From: an uncultured bacterium
Lineage (GTDB): Bacteria; Patescibacteriota; Dojkabacteria; J137
Reading direction: 5' to 3'
Assembly: GCA_963700155.1 (NCBI GenBank)
Contig: OY969472.1
Location: 936,690 to 1,000,689, forward strand
DNA: 64,000 nucleotides
Shown here: piece after piece, positions 58,364 through 64,000 of the stretch
Layout: every line of letters starts with the position of its first letter
How positions within the stretch are numbered: position 1 is the first letter of the stretch
The notes under the pieces: model-generated
What the model was told of the DNA's origin: nothing
The model's input: the letters and a program-made list of their open reading frames with translations, nothing else
Database searches by the model: none
Translations under genes and position numbers: made by a program

Positions 58364-58447
58364 TTTTATTGAAAAACGACTGTTTTAAACATAGAATAAG
58401 TAAGTTCATATAAATTTATTGAATGAGCATTCCAGACTTTTGACTTA

Positions 58448-61400
58448 ATGAATTTTGTAATAAAAAAACACTCTAAAATCTCGAAATTGTTTAATCCAAT
58501 TGTGATTGTTTTTGCCCTTATATTGATTGCTTCAACTTATTCACTGTTAAGGGATTTGAGTACATCCGGATTAAGACCTTTTGGTGTTATTAATGATATT
58601 TTTGCACAAGTTACGGGAACGGCAACTATAAATCAAACCACCACAGCTGCTCTCTCAGGTGATTACCAAATAATTGACAGCTGGGGAAGATGTCTTGTTG
58701 ATAATCCTAATGCGAAAAAGAAGATTCAGACTGTCGCTGAAAGTGGTTATTCTACTGGACTTGATATAACTTCAAAAGCTGGATTGAATCAAGGATTGCC
58801 TTTAAGTAGTTCTGATTGGGGGACTGAAATGGATTTTATGAAGGCTGCGAATATAAATATGAGTTATATTGAAATGTTAGCTATTAGTCCTGGTGATAGC
58901 GGAATTGCTTCAACATTTGTACAGGAAGCTAATGCTGAGGGGAAATTCCCAGTGATTAGGCTTTGCTATGTTGGTGGTTGTAAATTTTCAGGTGGAGCTA
59001 ATGATATTGTTAAATTTTATACCGATCTAGAGAATGAATTAGCTGGTAAAGATGTAGTTTATGTTGGTGTTGTTGGCCCAAATGAACCAAATACAGGGAC
59101 TCCTACAGAAATGTCTGGATTCGGACTAGCGGATAATGATTATGCAGCAGCAGTAGATATGTCTAATAACGCAGCAAAAAGACTTCAATTTGCACGAGCT
59201 GAAAATGGAGGTCATATGTATATTGCGCCGGTAATCTTCAATATGCCCAATGGGGTAGATATCCCTGAATATTTATTCTCAACAACCCATGCAACTATCA
59301 ATCCTGAGTTATATGATTTTCTTATGGGTAATACTTACAACATAGCTGATGGTTCTGCAGTTAATTGGTATGAAACATATGGGATGAAAAAGTATGTTGA
59401 AGATCATTCAGAATTGCTTACTTTAATTAGTGAATTTGGTTATTCAGCAGGAACTTTAGCTCAATTTAAACAGTCATATCAAACATTATGTAATGATGAT
59501 ACAGTTGACGGGATATTATTCTATAGACCAGATAATCCAGAGCTTCCAGCTGGCGAACCTGGAAATAGACAAGATCCACCGATTAATTCAAAAGTTCTTA
59601 ACCAAATTATTAGCACTTGTAGTAAAGAACCTCAAAAATTAAAGAGTAAAAATTCAGCGTGGTTGAATTGTAATTTTGATTCATGTATCTCAAAAGATTA
59701 TACTTATTCATCAAGGAGTATTGCACATCCGGTCACACCTGTTATTGTAACTTCTAGCGGAGCACCAAATAGTAAAGCACCGGCAAGCTGTAATCCAAAT
59801 GCTTATTCTGTTTATAATTCACAAAACGTTTTAAATATAGGTGCATCAAATAAAGATCAATCTAAAATAATTTTAATTGGAGATAGTGAAACCTTTAATG
59901 ATCCTTTACCAAATTCAATAAATATTGGAGCACCCGGAGCAAGCACGTATTGGTTTTTAGGCAATGATCCAATTGATCCTAACAATTCGAGCAAGACTAA
60001 AGCTAAGAAAGATTTTGAAAACTCTTTAAATTTAAATGCTTTTGCAGCAATAATAATGCTAGGAACAAACGATTGTGGAGGGGTAGATATTACAAAATTT
60101 AAAGAGAATCTAACTTCAATCGCCAAACAATATGCACAAGCAGGTATTATTCCGATTTTAAGTACTTTCCCTGAAAGAGATGTCGGAACTGCAACTGCCC
60201 ATAAACTTCCTGGGTGTGAAAATACAACTGATACGTTTAACTCTGCAATAAAAAGTATTGCTTCTACTAACGGCTGGCCTTTAAGAGATGGGACCCAAAT
60301 GGTTGAAATCTCGGATTTAGGAGACGATGGATTGCATATAAGTGATTATTCCTGTTTAGACTCAGGTACAAACGAATTATTAAATAAATTAAGAGCAATC
60401 TTAGGTGGAGCTCCTTTTAAAGATGGAAGTTATGAAGCTGACTATACCTCTGCTCCATCGCAAGATTCAAATCAAAAAGCTTGGCTGACTATAAAATGTT
60501 CCGGTGACGGTTGTACTGCTAAACAGATAAATACAATTCAAACTTGGCTTCCAATAAAAAGCCTCGGCAGTACAACCGCCACCAATTCAACTAAATACAG
60601 ATCTGACACTCCATCTTGTGTTGAACTTGCAACTCAAGTTCATTCTGACCAGTATGACTTGTTAAATCAATTCGCTGGAAAGTTAAGTTCAGGAAGTAGC
60701 ACTTATCCTATGCCTTGGCTCGGCTCATTAATAAATTGTCTTTCTGAAATGGCGGATTATACTCAGGATTTTGCTGGTCAACCTCAAGTTCAGCAGGATT
60801 TTAATCCACATCCATTTTCAAAAAAATCAGAAGCAGATATTGAAACTAAATCTGATATTGCAAGGGGACTTGCAAAATCTCCTATTAATTCTGAATCAGT
60901 AGATAAAATTTATGCTGAGTTAGAAAATACAACAATCGAAATTCCTGATGAAAGAAGTATTTGTCTGAAAGATAATAAGACAGGTGTTGAGAATTGTTAT
61001 GATTCATCTTCAGCTGAAGTTTTGAAGCTTTTTAAAGCATATGACGCTTTTTCAGTACCGGCTAATTATTACGACTTGGATTACAAGAACTCATTAGGAA
61101 CACTGTCGAATATGATTTATCTACAAAATAAAGATGATATGCTTCCTGGTCCCGAAATTAATGTTGGAAGTGATTCTACAAATTTCTCTGCGGGAGATTT
61201 GTGTAGAAGATATGGGATAAGAAAAATTGATGATGAAACGAAGAATAATTATAGATTTACTGAAAATTTAAATTGTACATTAAATCCGCAAGCATTGTTT
61301 GATTCAAATCAGATAATTTACTGTTCCAGTGTATTATCAAATTTTACCCTTCAAAGCGATGCTTTTAAAAATGGTGAGTTATCATATTTTACTGATTCAA

Positions 61401-63466
61401 GATATGCAAATTGTCTGACATACAATCCATCAAGTAAAGATAGAATTGAATATGCTACACAAAATTACGCTAATGCTCCAAGTTATAATATAGAAGGAGC
61501 ATATGATGCCCTTTATAAGCTTTACCTTCGACTCGAAAATGAAATGTCAGCAGGTAATAAGAAAGTTGTTTTTCAAAAAGATATCGGATGGACAGCAGAA
61601 GTTGATTCAATTATTCGGGACGGCAATCAGCCTGTAGATCTTGGAGACTATTTATATAAAGGAGAATATAATACAAGTCAGTGTGTTAGTGTAGATTTTT
61701 TTGATAATAAAACTGCAAAAGCTAGAGGCGGTTCAGTCAAAAAAAGTACTTCCTACTATGAGGAGCTAGGAGCTTTAGAGCCTATGCAGGAATGGATTGA
61801 TGTATATACCAAAGGAACAAGTGTGCCGGATGTTCAAGAAGGTTTTGTGACATCTGTATCTAGTGCAATTACGACAGACCAGCAGCTGAGTCAAGGTGTA
61901 ACTAATCCGTTTTATGATCCAGCAGATGTCACAAAACCTAATAATGACAAAAAATCAATTCTAGTTTCAGGGCTTGCAAGTCAGTTTTTAAATTTTCCGT
62001 TATTAACTTGTGACCAGGTAAGAGTTGGTGAAAATTATTCTAACGAAGAATTATTTAATGCTTTAAGATCGATGGATAGATATAAGAGTCTGTCTGATGA
62101 TCAAGTCCAGCAACTAGCAGATCAAGTTTGGCCTTTAAAAAATAAAGTTGAAAAAGGAAGCATTCCAGCATGCATCGCGTTAAGTAATGATAATGAAATT
62201 CAAGACACTATGGCACAATTTTTGTGTAATCAAGGATATTCGATACCAGGAGTTTGTAATGCAAATAGTGAACTTAATAAGTGTATTTATAAAGATGATG
62301 AAATTACTTCAAGTCAGTATACATGTCCAGTTACATCTAATGGTAATACTGCGATTTGTATAGAAGGACCACTTGTTGGTACTCATGCATCATCTCATTT
62401 GAATGCTTTAGATTTAGCAGGCGATACTTTAGTTGCTCCATTTGATGGTGTTGTAGCAAAAGCTGTTACAGCATACCCATATTGTATAGGTGGGGGAACA
62501 GCTGGTGGAGCTGTATTTTATACTGGTATGTTCCAAGGCCAAAAAACTACGTTGTTCTTTTATCATATAAAAGTTACATCCGGATTGCAGGGAAAAACAT
62601 TTAAGAAGGGTGAGGTGATTGCAAATACAGTAACTGCATCAGATCCAAGCGTTACAAGTACTTCATGTTTGGGAAGTCCACAGCATTCTCACATAGAAAT
62701 CTCAAATGATAAATTTCAGACAAACCAACCAGGTGACATAAGGTCTATTATTTATGGAATGGGTTGTAAACAGGGAAGTGCCTCTTCATGTCAATTGCAA
62801 AGTGACTCAACTTTACAATGTGATTCTGAGCAGCTTCCTCCAAATATAATTCCTGGTGGAAAATGTAATGAGTTTAACTGCGGCTTAGGAACAAATAACG
62901 ATTTTGCGTCTTCACTTCAATGCATAACCAGTTTAGGATATTTAAGAGGAGATACTGATAAAGCTGTAGATATTTATGGCCCATTTTGTGACAATGAAAC
63001 TTATAAATCTGGAGTGTTACCTTTTGGACATAATTTAATGCAGTTTTATGATTCTTATCTAAAGCCGGGAACTACCGGTGGTAGAGTATGTAGTGAACTT
63101 CCACCTGATCAAGCAAGGCCTGAAGACATAGGAATGGCTTGCCCTACATTTAGCATAAGATATGGAACTGAGGCATATAATTATTATCGAGGAGCTTTAA
63201 TAAGATGTCCAATCCCTGAAGATCAGCGCGGGTGGACCTCAGCTAATAGTTTTGGAAGAGATCCTGTTGACCTTGCAGATTATCTAATGAATACTTTAAA
63301 TGTTAATTATAATGGTTTATATTTAAAAAATACTCCAAAATCTAAGGTGGTTGCAGTATTAACTCAAGCTAAACAACAAAATATTAATCCATTTATTATA
63401 TTAGGAATATGGGGCACAGAATCATGGTTCGGACAATTCAGTGCTCAATGTAACTCTACATCTTAA
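58448..63466 (+). CDS. Giant (1672 aa) secreted multidomain protein: N-terminal TM anchor, SGNH/GDSL hydrolase-like domain, Cys-rich regions, C-terminal M23 (LytM) peptidase-like domain. Putative cell-wall-active hydrolase.
   Basis: SGNH block I LIGDSETF and block III-like GTNDCGG (about 59870..60080). M23-like HLNALDLAG...PFDGVV and HSHIEIS (about 62390..62700). Confidence 0.55.
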   Translation: MNFVIKKHSKISKLFNPIVIVFALILIASTYSLLRDLSTSGLRPFGVINDIFAQVTGTATINQTTTAALSGDYQIIDSWGRCLVDNPNAKKKIQTVAESGYSTGLDITSKAGLNQGLPLSSSDWGTEMDFMKAANINMSYIEMLAISPGDSGIASTFVQEANAEGKFPVIRLCYVGGCKFSGGANDIVKFYTDLENELAGKDVVYVGVVGPNEPNTGTPTEMSGFGLADNDYAAAVDMSNNAAKRLQFARAENGGHMYIAPVIFNMPNGVDIPEYLFSTTHATINPELYDFLMGNTYNIADGSAVNWYETYGMKKYVEDHSELLTLISEFGYSAGTLAQFKQSYQTLCNDDTVDGILFYRPDNPELPAGEPGNRQDPPINSKVLNQIISTCSKEPQKLKSKNSAWLNCNFDSCISKDYTYSSRSIAHPVTPVIVTSSGAPNSKAPASCNPNAYSVYNSQNVLNIGASNKDQSKIILIGDSETFNDPLPNSINIGAPGASTYWFLGNDPIDPNNSSKTKAKKDFENSLNLNAFAAIIMLGTNDCGGVDITKFKENLTSIAKQYAQAGIIPILSTFPERDVGTATAHKLPGCENTTDTFNSAIKSIASTNGWPLRDGTQMVEISDLGDDGLHISDYSCLDSGTNELLNKLRAILGGAPFKDGSYEADYTSAPSQDSNQKAWLTIKCSGDGCTAKQINTIQTWLPIKSLGSTTATNSTKYRSDTPSCVELATQVHSDQYDLLNQFAGKLSSGSSTYPMPWLGSLINCLSEMADYTQDFAGQPQVQQDFNPHPFSKKSEADIETKSDIARGLAKSPINSESVDKIYAELENTTIEIPDERSICLKDNKTGVENCYDSSSAEVLKLFKAYDAFSVPANYYDLDYKNSLGTLSNMIYLQNKDDMLPGPEINVGSDSTNFSAGDLCRRYGIRKIDDETKNNYRFTENLNCTLNPQALFDSNQIIYCSSVLSNFTLQSDAFKNGELSYFTDSRYANCLTYNPSSKDRIEYATQNYANAPSYNIEGAYDALYKLYLRLENEMSAGNKKVVFQKDIGWTAEVDSIIRDGNQPVDLGDYLYKGEYNTSQCVSVDFFDNKTAKARGGSVKKSTSYYEELGALEPMQEWIDVYTKGTSVPDVQEGFVTSVSSAITTDQQLSQGVTNPFYDPADVTKPNNDKKSILVSGLASQFLNFPLLTCDQVRVGENYSNEELFNALRSMDRYKSLSDDQVQQLADQVWPLKNKVEKGSIPACIALSNDNEIQDTMAQFLCNQGYSIPGVCNANSELNKCIYKDDEITSSQYTCPVTSNGNTAICIEGPLVGTHASSHLNALDLAGDTLVAPFDGVVAKAVTAYPYCIGGGTAGGAVFYTGMFQGQKTTLFFYHIKVTSGLQGKTFKKGEVIANTVTASDPSVTSTSCLGSPQHSHIEISNDKFQTNQPGDIRSIIYGMGCKQGSASSCQLQSDSTLQCDSEQLPPNIIPGGKCNEFNCGLGTNNDFASSLQCITSLGYLRGDTDKAVDIYGPFCDNETYKSGVLPFGHNLMQFYDSYLKPGTTGGRVCSELPPDQARPEDIGMACPTFSIRYGTEAYNYYRGALIRCPIPEDQRGWTSANSFGRDPVDLADYLMNTLNVNYNGLYLKNTPKSKVVAVLTQAKQQNINPFIILGIWGTESWFGQFSAQCNSTS

Positions 63467-63475
63467 AATTTATTA

Positions 63476-63880
63476 ATGAAAAAATTAAAATTACCAAAAA
63501 TTGATTTAAAAAATATTAATTTTAACACAGTTATTCCTTTCCTTATTGGTTTAGTTATTCTTTTTGGGATAATTTATGTGATTTTTTTAAGGCCGATTCT
63601 CTCCCCTTCAGAAACACCAGTAAGTTCTCCGGCAACTTTACAAGAAGAACAGCAGCAATATCATCAAGATTTAACAAGCGAGCTCTTCCCAATTCTTCCA
63701 TATGCCAGTGATGATTATTTAATCACATTGGAAACTATTGACGGAACAAAATATATTGTAATATATTCAGACAAAGAGGTGAAAAATTCTTTACAAAAAG
63801 CTTATTTATTCCTTCAGCAATATGGCATTCTTCCTGGTGATCCAAGATTGAAATTAAAAGATTTAGTGCATGGGTTATAA
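63476..63880 (+). CDS. Small membrane-anchored hypothetical protein.
   Basis: ORF with an N-terminal TM segment. Confidence 0.4.
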   Translation: MKKLKLPKIDLKNINFNTVIPFLIGLVILFGIIYVIFLRPILSPSETPVSSPATLQEEQQQYHQDLTSELFPILPYASDDYLITLETIDGTKYIVIYSDKEVKNSLQKAYLFLQQYGILPGDPRLKLKDLVHGL

Positions 63881-64000
63881 TGACAAAATCTCCATTTCAG
63901 GTTAGAATTGTTTGCTGCAAATTAAAGTTATTTTTATAAATTTATTATGTTCAAATTAGGAAAATTTAAATCTTTTTTAGACCTCAACCAAAATCAAGTA

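Noticed and set aside
1-64000. CRISPR arrays or rRNA genes.
   Set aside because: No regularly spaced short direct repeats and no rRNA-like conserved segments were seen anywhere in the window.

Overview
AT-rich (~30% GC) bacterial window. Sortases, an ECF sigma factor, ClpC, Obg and a tRNA-His with an encoded G-1 (no encoded CCA) suggest a small-genome Gram-positive-type or CPR-like organism. This is inference from gene content; no searches were run.

The left ~27 kb is an accessory/mobile region ending at a tRNA-His gene. It contains:
- an arsR / thioredoxin-like / ArsP-like cassette flanked by 45-nt direct repeats;
- a co-directional, mostly overlapping 8-gene cluster (11256 to 4496, minus strand). 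Two C5 cytosine DNA methyltransferases flank a PD-(D/E)xK nuclease, followed by a class-I SAM methyltransferase, an unknown protein and a nitrilase-superfamily C-N hydrolase. I consider this the best candidate for an undescribed DNA-modification/defence system;
- a weak HEPN/AbiV-like gene;
- an integrative-element module with a tyrosine integrase, an excisionase-like HTH protein, two large serine recombinases, a HicA/HicB-like pair, and a primase CHC2 zinc-finger protein with an AAA_25/RepA-like ATPase.

The second serine recombinase ends inside the 3' fragment of a disrupted tRNA-His paralog. An intact tRNA-His(GTG) with an 18-bp extended acceptor stem lies between the two halves of that paralog.

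The right ~36 kb looks chromosomal:
- Obg, a NOX/ferric-reductase-like protein, an ECF sigma factor with an anti-sigma-like partner, a P-type ATPase, tRNA-Arg(TCT), tRNA-Lys(CTT) and tRNA-Lys(TTT);
- a glycosylation locus, a CPA2 antiporter, a UDG-superfamily protein, NUDIX proteins and ClpC;
- a 1672-aa secreted SGNH-plus-M23 cell-wall-hydrolase-like giant.

The chromosomal part also holds two short islets of about 55-60% GC. They are bounded by hairpins and share a 20-nt boundary motif. The glycosyltransferase locus between the two tRNA-Lys genes has moderately elevated GC.

No CRISPR array and no rRNA were seen.
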